Positions 10,091-20,135 of a stretch of 24,000 bases of DNA are shown in pieces. The notes beneath the pieces are model-generated. The model saw only the letters and a program-made list of their open reading frames with translations, made no database searches and had not been told where the DNA came from. A program made the translations under genes and the position numbers. Each line of letters opens with the position of its first letter. The stretch's first letter is position 1. The stretch is from NCBI RefSeq assembly GCF_055388945.1, contig NZ_AP042529.1; one strand, given 5' to 3'.

Positions 10091-10209
10091 TGCCGGATGC
10101 CTGATGCGACGCTGGCGCGTCTTATCATGCCTACAAAACTGCACTCAACCGTAGGCCGGATAAGGCGTTCACGCCGCATCCGGCAATTGTGCACCAATGC
10201 CGGATGCGC
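10091..10209. repeat. REP cluster/BIME between rayT and fhiA (three REP-like units)
   Basis: TGCCGGATGCCTGATGCGACGCTGGCGCGTCTTATCATGCCTAC ... GTAGGCCGGATAAGGCGTTCACGCCGCATCCGGC ... AATGCCGGATGCGCC. Confidence 0.88.
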
Positions 10210-10223
10210 CCCTTAAAGGCCAA

Positions 10224-11963
10224 TCAACTCAACGCCCCCATTATCTTCAACTCCAGCTCATCCGGCACTTCGTTATACGACAGCACATGCAGCCCCGGCG
10301 CAAACAACCTTGCATAGCGCGCCAGCAAAGGGCGCAGCTGCGGCGGCACCAGCAGCACCGGGTCTTTCCCCGCCGCTTTCATCTGCTCTTTCACCTGCGG
10401 CATCGTGCTCTGGAACTGGTTGAGCATATTCGGGTCCACTGGCACGCTGTCGAGCATCACTTTACCGCCCTGTTGCGCCTGATTCACTACGTTAGTCAGC
10501 AGATTTTCCAGCTCATTATTCAGCGTATACACCGTCAGCTCCTGCTTGCGAACGAACGGATGGGTAATGCTGCGCCGCAGCGCCAGGCGCACATCGGCCG
10601 CCAGCAGAATATGATCTTTAGTCACCGCGCTACTGGCGACCAGCACGGTGGCGATGGTGACGATATCGCGCAGGGAAACGCCTTCGGTCAGCAGCGCACG
10701 GTACACTTTCAGCAACTGGCTGTAATTCAGCGCCGCGCTCAAATCTTCCGCCAGGCGCGGGGCCATCGACGACAGGCGGTTATGCAGCTGCGTGATGTCA
10801 TCATAATTAAACAAATCAGGAATATAGCTGCGCACAATCTTGTTCACATGCGTGGCAATCACGCTGGCGCTGTCGATCACCTGATACCCCATATTCAGCG
10901 CCTTCGCCTTCTGCGCGGGCTGGATCCAGGTCACCGGCATCCCGTACGCCGGGTCGTTCCCCAGCACGCCGTCAATCTCGCCGTAGGTTTCGCTGGAGGG
11001 CAGCGCCATCAGTTTATCCGCCGGAATATCCGCTTCATCGGCCTTAATGCCGTTGATGAAAATGGCGTACTGGCTGGGCTTGAGGCGGAAGTTTTCCCGA
11101 ATGCGGATCTCCGGCAGCAGCACGCCGTTACCGTCGGATATCACCTGCCGTACGCCGCGAATACGCTGGGTGAGCGGGTTGCCCTGCGCTTTATCGACCA
11201 GCGCCACCAGCTTGTAGCCGAGGCTTAAACTGATAGGCTCGATAAGCGGAATGGTTTCCCAACTGACCTGTTGCTCGCTGGTTTCAGTGATGGTGCGGGT
11301 CAGCGTTTCGAGGCTTTTCTCTTCCGCCTCCGCCGCCTGCGGCTGTTTGCTCATCCGCCAGCCGGTAAAACCCAGCAGGGCGCTGAACAGCAAAAACGGC
11401 AGGTGCGGCATTCCCGGCACCACCGCCAGCACAAACATAATCCCGGTGGCGGTGTAGAGCACCGACGGGCTTGCCAGCAGCTGGTGGCGCACGTCATGGG
11501 CGATATCGCCGTTGTCGCTGACGCGGGTGACGATAATCGCCGCTGCGGTGGAGAGCAGGAGGGAAGGGATCTGCGCCACCAGCCCATCGCCGATGGTCAT
11601 CAGCACATATTGCTGGAAGGCGGCGTCGGCGCTCAGGTTGTATTTAAATATCCCGATACAGACGCCGCCGATCAGGTTAATCGCCAGAATCATCATCCCG
11701 GCGATGGCATCCCCGCGCACAAACTTCGATGCCCCGTCCATCGCGCCGTAGAAATCGGCCTCGCTGGCAACATCTTTACGCCGGGTTTGCGCCTGTGCCT
11801 GGTTGATCAATCCGGCGTTAAGATCGGCGTCAATCGCCATCTGTTTGCCGGGCATCGCATCCAGGGTAAAGCGGGCAGAAACCTCGGAAATACGCTCGGC
11901 CCCTTTGGTGACGACGATAAAGTTGATTGTCAACAGCGTCAGTAAATCCGAGCGTGAAAGCAT
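10224..11963 (-). pseudogene. fhiA: FhiA/LfhA, FlhA-family flagellar export protein of the Flag-2 system, N-terminally truncated (579 aa remaining)
   Basis: FlhA-like sequence INFIVVTKGAERISEVSARFTLDAMPGKQMAIDADLNAGLI.. through the C-terminus, with the upstream N-terminal transmembrane region missing. Confidence 0.88.
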
Positions 11964-12693
11964 TATCGCCGCGCTGCACGGGCAGTCGATTTTTAACGGT
12001 GGTGGGCTGTCGCCGTTAAATAAAATCAGCCCGTCTCATCCGCCAAAACCTGCCACCGTGGCGGTGCCGGAAGAGACGGAGAAAAAAGCGCGTGATGTGA
12101 ATGAGAAAACGGCGCTGCTGAAGAAGAAATCCGCCACCGAGCTTGGCGAGCTGGCAACCAGTATCAACACCATTGCCCGTGATGCGCATATGGAAGCGAA
12201 TCTGGAGATGGAGATTGTCCCGCAGGGATTACGCGTGCTGATTAAAGACGACCAGAATCGCAATATGTTCGAACGCGGCAGCGCGCAGATTATGCCGTTC
12301 TTTAAAACTTTGCTGGTGGAGCTCGCGCCAGTGTTCGACTCGCTCGATAACAAAATTATTATTACCGGGCATACCGATGCGATGGCCTACAAAAACAATA
12401 TCTACAACAACTGGAACCTTTCGGGCGATCGCGCGCTTTCAGCTCGTCGGGTGCTGGAAGAGGCCGGAATGCCGGAAGATAAAGTGATGCAGGTAAGCGC
12501 AATGGCGGACCAGATGCTGCTGGACGCGAAAAATCCGCAAAGCGCGGGCAACCGACGCATTGAGATTATGGTGCTGACCAAAAGTGCGTCCGATACGCTG
12601 TATCAATACTTTGGTCAGCATGGGGATAAAGTGGTGCAGCCGCTGGTGCAAAAGCTGGATAAGCAGCAGGTGCTTTCGCAGCGAACGCGCTAA
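11945..12693 (+). pseudogene. lafU: LafU/MbhA, MotB-like flagellar motor protein of Flag-2, 5'-truncated (annotated versions start at GTG 12058, 211 aa)
   Basis: SERESIIAALHGQSIFNGGG... with OmpA/MotB peptidoglycan-binding domain IIITGHTDAMAYKN..NWNLSGDRALSARRVLEEAG; N-terminal TM/plug region missing. Confidence 0.85.
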
Positions 12694-12731
12694 ATGCTGA
12701 ATCTTTACGCATTTCTCAAACCCTGAAATCA

Positions 12732-12747
12732 CTGTATACTTTACCAG
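12732..12747. promoter_or_regulatory. LexA (SOS) box upstream of dinB
   Basis: CTGTATACTTTACCAG fits CTG-N10-CAG, 17 bp before the dinB ATG. Confidence 0.88.
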
Positions 12748-12763
12748 TGTTGAGAGGTGAGTA

Positions 12764-13819
12764 ATGCGTAAAATCATTCATGTGGATATGGACTGCTTTT
12801 TCGCCGCAGTGGAGATGCGCGACAATCCCGCCCTGCGCGATATCCCTATTGCTATTGGCGGCAGCCGCGAACGTCGGGGGGTGATCAGCACCGCCAATTA
12901 TCCCGCGCGTAAATTTGGCGTACGCAGCGCTATGCCGACAGGGATGGCGCTCAAATTATGCCCACATCTCACCTTGCTTCCGGGGCGCTTTGACGCCTAC
13001 AAAGAAGCCTCAAATCATATCCGTGAAATCTTCTCGCGCTACACCTCGCGTATTGAACCGTTGTCACTGGATGAAGCCTACCTCGATGTCACTGATAGCG
13101 TCCATTGCCACGGTTCTGCGACCCTCATCGCCCAGGAAATCCGCCAGACAATTTTCAGCGAGCTGCAACTGACGGCGTCTGCGGGCGTGGCACCAGTAAA
13201 GTTTCTCGCCAAAATCGCCTCCGACATGAATAAACCCAACGGCCAGTTTGTGATTACGCCGGCAGAAGTTTCGGCATTTCTGCAAACCTTACCGCTGGCA
13301 AAAATTCCCGGTGTTGGCAAAGTCTCAGCGGCAAAGCTGGAAGCGATGGGGCTGCGGACCTGCGGTGATGTACAAAAGTGTGATCTGGTGATTCTGCTTA
13401 AACGCTTTGGCAAATTTGGCCGCATTTTGTGGGAGCGTAGTCAGGGGATTGACGAGCGCGACGTTAACAGCGAACGGTTACGAAAATCCGTCGGCGTGGA
13501 ACGCACGATGGCGGAAGATATTCATCACTGGTCTGAATGTGAAGCGATTATCGAGCGGCTGTATCCGGAACTTGAACGCCGTCTGGCAAAGGTAAAACCT
13601 GATTTACTGATTGCTCGCCAGGGGGTGAAATTAAAGTTCGACGATTTTCAGCAAACCACCCAGGAGCACGTCTGGCCGCGGCTGAATAAAGCTGACTTAA
13701 TCGCCACCGCGCGTAAAACCTGGGATGAACGCCGCGGCGGGCGCGGTGTGCGACTGGTGGGGCTGCATGTGACGTTGCTTGACCCTCAAATGGAAAGACA
13801 ACTGGTGCTGGGATTATGA
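12764..13819 (+). CDS. dinB: DNA polymerase IV (Y-family), 351 aa
   Basis: [71 protein letters not shown]. Confidence 0.98.
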   Translation: MRKIIHVDMDCFFAAVEMRDNPALRDIPIAIGGSRERRGVISTANYPARKFGVRSAMPTGMALKLCPHLTLLPGRFDAYKEASNHIREIFSRYTSRIEPLSLDEAYLDVTDSVHCHGSATLIAQEIRQTIFSELQLTASAGVAPVKFLAKIASDMNKPNGQFVITPAEVSAFLQTLPLAKIPGVGKVSAAKLEAMGLRTCGDVQKCDLVILLKRFGKFGRILWERSQGIDERDVNSERLRKSVGVERTMAEDIHHWSECEAIIERLYPELERRLAKVKPDLLIARQGVKLKFDDFQQTTQEHVWPRLNKADLIATARKTWDERRGGRGVRLVGLHVTLLDPQMERQLVLGL

Positions 13820-13870
13820 TGTATACTATTATGTATATTCTGGTGTGCATTATTATGAGGGGATCACTGT

Positions 13871-14164
13871 ATGCATCGAATTCTCGCTGAAAAATCGGTC
13901 AATATCACTGAATTACGTAAAAACCCAGCTAAATACTTTATTGATCAACCGGTTGCGGTTCTTTCTAATAATCGCCCCGCAGGATATCTCTTAAGTGCCA
14001 GCGCATTCGAAGCGTTAATGGACATGCTTGCTGAACAAGAGGAGAAAAAGCCCATAAAGGCGCGCTTCCGTCCAAGTGCTGCAAGATTAGAGGAAATTAC
14101 ACGCCGAGCTGAAAAATATCTTAATGATATGACGGATGATGATTTCAATGACTTTAAGGAATAA
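13871..14164 (+). CDS. yafN: Antitoxin YafN (PhD/YefM family), 97 aa
   Basis: MHRILAEKSVNITELRKNPAKYFIDQPVAVLSNNRPAGYLLSASAFEALMDML.. Confidence 0.95.
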   Translation: MHRILAEKSVNITELRKNPAKYFIDQPVAVLSNNRPAGYLLSASAFEALMDMLAEQEEKKPIKARFRPSAARLEEITRRAEKYLNDMTDDDFNDFKE

Positions 14165-14166
14165 GG

Positions 14167-14565
14167 ATGCGGGTATTCAAAACAAAACTTATTCGCCTGC
14201 AACTTACAGCAGAGGAGCTTGATGCGTTAACGGCGGATTTTATTTCCTATAAGCGTGACGGTGTTTTGCCAGATATATTTGGTCGCGATGCACTCTACGA
14301 CGACTCGTTTACTTGGCCATTAATCAAATTTGAGCGAGTTGCTCATATTCATCTGGCAAATGTGAATAATCCATTTCCGCCACAGTTGCGCCAATTCAGC
14401 AGAACGAATGACGAATCGCATTTGGTATATTGTCAGGGTGCGTTTGATGAGCAAGCATGGTTGCTCATTGCCATTCTGAAACCTGAACCTCATAAACTGG
14501 CTCGAGATAACAACCAAATGCATAAAATTGGGAAAATGGCAGAAGCGTTTCGCATGCGTTTTTGA
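14167..14565 (+). CDS. yafO: mRNA interferase toxin YafO, 132 aa
   Basis: MRVFKTKLIRLQLTAEELDALTADFISYKRDGVLPDIFGRD.., directly downstream of yafN. Confidence 0.95.
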   Translation: MRVFKTKLIRLQLTAEELDALTADFISYKRDGVLPDIFGRDALYDDSFTWPLIKFERVAHIHLANVNNPFPPQLRQFSRTNDESHLVYCQGAFDEQAWLLIAILKPEPHKLARDNNQMHKIGKMAEAFRMRF

Positions 14566-14574
14566 ATTTATATT

Positions 14575-15027
14575 ATGAATAACATACAAATAAGAAACTA
14601 TCAGCCTGGCGATTTTCAGCAACTATGCGCTATTTTCATTAGAGCGGTTATGATGACCGCCAGTCAGCATTATTCACCACAACAAATTGCCGCCTGGGCG
14701 CAGATTGACGAATCTCGCTGGAAGGAGAAACTCGCGAAATCACAAGTGCGGGTTGCAGTCATTAATGCACAACCGGTTGGTTTTATTTCCCGCATTGAAC
14801 ATTATATCGATATGTTATTTGTTGACCCTGAATACACCCGCCGTGGGGTTGCCAGCGCTTTGTTAAAACCTTGGATTAAGTCTGAATCCGAACTTACGGT
14901 GGACGCCAGCATAACCGCAAAACCCTTTTTTGAACGTTATGGTTTTCAGACAGTTAAGCAGCAGCGCGTTGAATGCCGGGGAGCGTGGTTTACTAATTTT
15001 TCTATGCGATATAAACCGCAACATTAA
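14575..15027 (+). CDS. yafP: GNAT-family N-acetyltransferase YafP, 150 aa
   Basis: MNNIQIRNYQPGDFQQLCAIFIRAVMMTAS..; acetyl-CoA binding region VDPEYTRRGVASALLKP. Confidence 0.95.
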   Translation: MNNIQIRNYQPGDFQQLCAIFIRAVMMTASQHYSPQQIAAWAQIDESRWKEKLAKSQVRVAVINAQPVGFISRIEHYIDMLFVDPEYTRRGVASALLKPWIKSESELTVDASITAKPFFERYGFQTVKQQRVECRGAWFTNFSMRYKPQH

Positions 15028-15104
15028 ATCCAGCTTGCAATGAAAATAACGCCCGCCTGGTATGTGCGCGTTTTCTTATTCCACAAACTGCAAGGAGGTA
15101 AATC

Positions 15105-15152
15105 ATGACAAATCCTTTATCAATGACTCTTTGCAGACCTTTCCAGGATTAA
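15105..15152 (+). CDS. Possible 15-aa small ORF (MTNPLSMTLCRPFQD) with strong Shine-Dalgarno
   Basis: AAGGAGG (15092-15098) 6 nt before ATG (15105); stop TAA at 15150-15152. No homology claimed. Confidence 0.35.
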   Translation: MTNPLSMTLCRPFQD

Positions 15153-15205
15153 TTCTTTTTTTTCTTGCCCTGGATTCGTCTGCCATTTCCTGATTTTTAT
15201 ATTTA

Positions 15206-15332
15206 TATACTCTAAATAATTCGAGTTGCAGGAAGGCGACAAGCGAGTGAATCCCCAGGAGCTTACATAAGTAAGTGACTGGGGTGAACGAACGCAGTCG
15301 CAGTACATGCAACTTGAAGTATGACGAGTATA
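15206..15332. repeat. ERIC element (127 bp)
   Basis: Contains GTGAATCCCCAGGAGCTTACAT and AAGTAAGTGACTGGGGTGAACG (ERIC core/primer sequences), with terminal inverted TATACTC...GAGTATA. Confidence 0.93.
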
Positions 15333-15333
15333 A

Positions 15334-15600
15334 ATGGAATGGTACATGGGCAAATATATTCGTCCCTTATCCGATGCGGTATTTACCATCGCATCTGATG
15401 ACCTGTGGATCGAGAGTTTAGCGATCCAACAATTACACACCACGGCAAATTTACCCAACATGCAGCGCGTAGTGGGGATGCCAGATTTACACCCCGGACG
15501 CGGCTACCCGATTGGCGCAGCGTTCTTCTCTGTTGGTCGTTTTTACCCGACAAGACGTCGCGGTAACGGTGCTGGAAACAGAAACGGGCCGCTACTCTGA
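15334..15600 (+). pseudogene. ykfJ: YkfJ: 5' fragment of an RtcB-like RNA ligase (RtcB2), then out-of-frame tail
   Basis: [68 protein letters not shown] matches the RtcB family N-terminal segment ([15 protein letters not shown]). It then turns into non-homologous [16 protein letters not shown] because the DNA is prfH in another frame. Confidence 0.85.
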
Positions 15601-16069
15601 CACGCTGCGTTCGGCGCTGATTTCTCTGGATGGCGACAACGCATGGGCGTTAAGCGAAAGTTGGTGCGGCACTATTCAGTGGATTTGTCTGAGTCCGTAT
15701 CGGCCTCATCATGGGCGCAAAAACTGGTTTCTGGGCATTGGGCGTTTTACCGCTGATGAGCAGGAACAATCGGATGCAATCCGTTATGAGACGCTGCGTC
15801 CGTCGGGGCCGGGCGGTCAACATGTCAATAAAACCGACTCGGCGGTACGCGCCACGCATCTGGCAACCGGGATTAGCGTGAAGGTTCAGTCAGAACGCAG
15901 CCAGCATGCTAACAAACGGCTGGCGCGATTGCTGATTGCCTGGAAGCTGGAGCAGCAGCAACAGGAAAATAGCGCAGTGCTGAAATCGCAGCGGCGAATG
16001 TTCCATCACCAGATTGAACGTGGCAACCCGCGACGAACGTTCACAGGGATGGCTTTTATCGAAGGATAA
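15545..16069 (+). pseudogene. prfH: PrfH, release-factor homolog, 5'-truncated (GTG at 15569 gives the 166-aa annotated form)
   Basis: [89 protein letters not shown]; GGQ motif retained, N-terminus missing. Confidence 0.88.
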
Positions 16070-16081
16070 TGAAGGATGAAA

Positions 16082-16113
16082 CTGCCGGAAGGCGATTAAA
16101 CGCCATCCGGCAG
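16082..16113. repeat. REP-like hairpin / likely bidirectional terminator between prfH and pepD
   Basis: CTGCCGGAAGGCGATTAAACGCCATCCGGCAG, with stem CTGCCGG/CCGGCAG and inner GGCG/CGCC. Confidence 0.7.
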
Positions 16114-16125
16114 CAAATCAAATAA

Positions 16126-17583
16126 TTACTTCGCCGGAATTTCTTTCAGCAGTTCAGTCAGCAGTGTCCAGTAATGACCTACGCTTTCGATGTGAACTTG
16201 CTCATCCGGAGAGTGTGGACCGGTGATTGTTGGCCCGATAGAAACCATGTCCATTTCCGGATACGGTTTTTTGAACAGACCACATTCCAGGCCCGCGTGG
16301 ATAATCTGGATGTTCGGCGTCTTGTTGAACAGGCGCTGATAGGTTTCACGTACCAGATGCATCACCGGAGAATTAGCGTCCGGCTGCCAGCCAGGATATG
16401 CGCCTTTCGCTTCGGTTTTCGCGCCAGCCAGTTTACCCAGCGAATCCAGCATGCTCACCACGTAGTCTTTACCGCTGTCGATCAGAGAACGGATCAGACA
16501 GTGAATTTCTACGTTATTGTCAGTCATGGTCACCACACCGACGTTCAGGGAGGTTTCGACCACACCTTTTGCCACGTCGGAGTTGCGGATCACACCGTTC
16601 GGGGTGGCGTTCAGCAGACGAATAAAGGTATCGCGAGATTTCGCAATCAGGGCAGCTTTATCGTTCGCTACAGAGTCCAGCAACAAGGCCAGATTTTTCT
16701 CTTTCTCTGCCAGCTCGTTTTTCAGGATCTCCTGATAGGTATTCACCAGAGATTTCAGGGCGTCGACTTTATCAGCTGCGACAGCAATGGTCGCAAAGGC
16801 TTCACGCGGGATGGCGTTACGCAGTGTGCCGCCGTTGAAATCAATAAGACGCAGGTCCAGTTCTTCTGCATGACCCGCCAGGAAGCGCACCAGCAGTTTG
16901 TTGGCATTACCCAGGCCAACGTGGATTTCCCCGCCGGAGTGACCGCCTTTCAGACCTTTTAAGGTTAACTTGAAGGTTTCAAAACCAGCTGGAACCGCTT
17001 CACGATCTAAATGCAGGTTGGAGGTGAAGTCGATACCCCCCGCGCAACCCATGTAGATTTCACCTTCTTCTTCGGAGTCGGTGTTAATCAGAATATCAGC
17101 CTGCAACCAGTTGCTCTGTAAGCCGAACGCACCGTCCATACCGGCTTCTTCGGTCATGGTCAGCAGCACTTCCAGCGGGCCGTGAACCACGTTTTCGTCA
17201 GCCAGAACCGCCAGTGCAGAGGCCATACCAATGCCGTTATCCGCACCCAGCGTGGTGCCGCGCGCTTTAACCCATTCGCCATCAATATATGGCTGGATAG
17301 GATCTTTCGTGAAGTCATGCACGGTGTCGTTATTTTTCTGCGGCACCATATCGAGGTGGGCCTGCAAGACGACCGGTTTACGATTTTCCATACCTGCGGT
17401 AGCAGGTTTACGAATCAGGATATTACCTACCTGATCGCGTTCGACATGGAAACCTTTCTCTTTTGCCCAACCAACAATGTATTCAGCGAGTTGCTCTTCA
17501 TGATAGGACGGGTGAGGAATAGAACAGATTTTGGCAAAAATATCCCACAGCGGCTGTGGAGATAATTGAGACAGTTCAGACAC
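16126..17583 (-). CDS. pepD: Cytosolic non-specific dipeptidase (aminoacyl-histidine dipeptidase) PepD, 485 aa
   Basis: MSELSQLSPQPLWDIFAKICSIPHPSYHEEQ..VLQAHLDMVPQKN..GTTLGADNGIGMA..TMTEEAGMDGAFGL. Confidence 0.97.
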   Translation of the reverse strand: MSELSQLSPQPLWDIFAKICSIPHPSYHEEQLAEYIVGWAKEKGFHVERDQVGNILIRKPATAGMENRKPVVLQAHLDMVPQKNNDTVHDFTKDPIQPYIDGEWVKARGTTLGADNGIGMASALAVLADENVVHGPLEVLLTMTEEAGMDGAFGLQSNWLQADILINTDSEEEGEIYMGCAGGIDFTSNLHLDREAVPAGFETFKLTLKGLKGGHSGGEIHVGLGNANKLLVRFLAGHAEELDLRLIDFNGGTLRNAIPREAFATIAVAADKVDALKSLVNTYQEILKNELAEKEKNLALLLDSVANDKAALIAKSRDTFIRLLNATPNGVIRNSDVAKGVVETSLNVGVVTMTDNNVEIHCLIRSLIDSGKDYVVSMLDSLGKLAGAKTEAKGAYPGWQPDANSPVMHLVRETYQRLFNKTPNIQIIHAGLECGLFKKPYPEMDMVSIGPTITGPHSPDEQVHIESVGHYWTLLTELLKEIPAK

Positions 17584-17843
17584 GTTAAGTCTCCTTGTCG
17601 ATCACCCGCAAAACAGTATTGCAGGTCACAGGGTTAGCAGAAAATGTTGTCAACACAAGACAGGCTTGCGAGATATGTTTGAGAATACCACTTTATCCCG
17701 CGTCAGGGAGAGGCAGTGCGTAAAAAGACGCGGACTCATGTGAAATACTGGTTTTTAGTGCGCCAGATCTCTATAATCTCGCGCAACCTATTTTCCCCTC
17801 GAACACTTTTTAAGCCGTAGATAAACAGGCTGGGACACTTCAC

Positions 17844-18302
17844 ATGAGCGAAAAATACATCGTCACCTGGGACATGTTGCAGATCCATGCACGTAAACTC
17901 GCAAGCCGACTGATGCCTTCTGAACAATGGAAAGGCATTATTGCCGTAAGCCGTGGCGGTCTGGTACCGGGTGCGTTACTGGCGCGTGAACTGGGTATTC
18001 GTCATGTCGATACCGTTTGTATTTCCAGCTACGATCACGACAACCAGCGCGAGCTTAAAGTGCTGAAACGCGCAGAAGGCGATGGCGAAGGCTTCATCGT
18101 TATTGATGACCTGGTGGATACCGGTGGTACTGCGGTTGCGATTCGTGAAATGTATCCAAAAGCGCACTTTGTCACCATCTTTGCAAAACCGGCTGGTCGT
18201 CCGCTGGTTGATGATTATGTTGTTGATATCCCGCAAGATACCTGGATCGAACAGCCGTGGGATATGGGCGTCGTATTCGTCCCGCCAATCTCCGGTCGCT
18301 AA
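17844..18302 (+). CDS. gpt: Xanthine-guanine phosphoribosyltransferase, 152 aa
   Basis: [66 protein letters not shown]. Confidence 0.98.
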
Positions 18303-18309
18303 TCTTTTC

Positions 18310-18341
18310 AACGCCTGGCACTGCCGGGCGTTGTTCTTTTT
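18310..18341 (+). terminator. Intrinsic terminator downstream of gpt
   Basis: AACGCCTGGC / GCCGGGCGTT stem (10 bp, one G-T wobble) followed by GTTCTTTTT. Confidence 0.75.
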
Positions 18342-18393
18342 AACTTCAGGCGAGTTACAATAGTTTCCAGTAAGTATTCTGGAGGCTGCATCC

Positions 18394-19638
18394 ATGACAC
18401 AGGCAAACCTGAGCGAAACCCTGTTCAAACCCCGCTTTAAACATCCTGAAACCTCGACGCTAGTCCGCCGCTTTAATCACGGCGCACAACCGCCTGTGCA
18501 GTCGGCCCTTGATGGTAAAACCATCCCTCACTGGTATCGCATGATTAACCGTCTGATGTGGATCTGGCGCGGCATTGACCCACGCGAAATCCTCGACGTC
18601 CAGGCACGTATTGTGATGAGCGATGCCGAACGTACCGACGATGATTTATACGATACGGTGATTGGCTACCGTGGCGGCAACTGGATTTATGAGTGGGCCA
18701 CCCAGGCGATGGTGTGGCAACAAAAAGCCTGTGCGGAAGAAGATCCGCAACTCAGTGGTCGTCACTGGCTGCATGCGGCTACGTTGTACAACATTGCCGC
18801 CTATCCTCATCTGAAAGGAGATGACCTGGCCGAGCAAGCGCAGGCTTTGTCAAACCGCGCCTATGAAGAGGCCGCTCAGCGTCTACCGGGCACGATGCGA
18901 CAGATGGAGTTTACCGTACCCGGCGGTGCGCCCATCACCGGCTTTTTGCATATGCCGAAAGGCGATGGCCCGTTCCCGACGGTATTAATGTGTGGTGGTC
19001 TGGATGCGATGCAGACGGACTATTACAGCCTGTATGAACGTTATTTTGCGCCGCGCGGCATTGCGATGCTGACTATTGATATGCCGTCGGTGGGCTTTTC
19101 TTCAAAATGGAAGCTCACCCAGGACTCCTGCCTGTTGCATCAGCGCGTCTTAAAGGCTCTGCCTAACGTACCGTGGGTGGATCACACTCGCGTCGCGGCC
19201 TTTGGTTTCCGTTTCGGCGCTAACGTTGCCGTGCGTCTGGCATATCTTGAATCGCCGCGTCTGAAAGCGGTTGCCTGTCTTGGTCCGGTAGTTCATACCC
19301 TGTTGAGTGATTTTAAGTGCCAGCAACAGGTGCCGGAAATGTATCTTGACGTTCTGGCGAGTCGTTTGGGGATGCATGATGCTTCCGACGAAGCGTTGCG
19401 CGTGGAGCTGAATCGCTATTCATTAAAAGTGCAAGGATTGCTGGGACGTCGATGCCCAACGCCAATGTTATCAGGCTACTGGAAGAACGATCCGTTCAGC
19501 CCGGAAGAGGACTCACGCTTAATCACCTCATCATCTGCTGACGGTAAATTATTAGAGATCCCATTTAACCCGGTGTATCGGAATTTTGACAAAGGTCTTC
19601 AGGAAATCACCGACTGGATCGAAAAACGCTTGTGTTAA
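18394..19638 (+). CDS. frsA: FrsA (YafA), alpha/beta hydrolase-fold protein, 414 aa
   Basis: [50 protein letters not shown].. with hydrolase-fold region. Confidence 0.95.
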
Positions 19639-20097
<459 letters not shown>

Positions 20098-20105
20098 GTG
20101 AAATG

Positions 20106-20128
20106 TGCCGGATGCATCACATCCGGCA
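20106..20128. terminator. Bidirectional hairpin between convergent crl and phoE (REP-like)
   Basis: TGCCGGATG (20106-20114) / CATCCGGCA (20120-20128), perfect 9-bp stem. Confidence 0.7.
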
Positions 20129-20135
20129 ATAATCA

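Noticed and set aside
10197-11945. Long plus-strand ORFs (343 aa at 10197..11228 and 224 aa at 11271..11945) opposite fhiA
   Set aside because: Mirror reading frames of a GC-rich FlhA-family gene. They are rich in H/R/Q/A as expected for antisense translation and contain no recognisable domain.
12036-12353. 105-aa minus-strand ORF rich in Ser/Ala/Val opposite lafU
   Set aside because: Antisense of the MotB-like coding sequence; no evidence of a real gene.
13823-13870. Repeated TGTATA/ATTATG motifs between dinB and yafN considered as an extra LexA or YafN operator
   Set aside because: No CTG-N10-CAG match and the AT-rich repeats are short. Cannot be distinguished from chance without binding data.
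16174-16962. 262-aa plus-strand ORF antisense to pepD
   Set aside because: Fully embedded in the well-supported pepD gene; composition typical of antisense reading.
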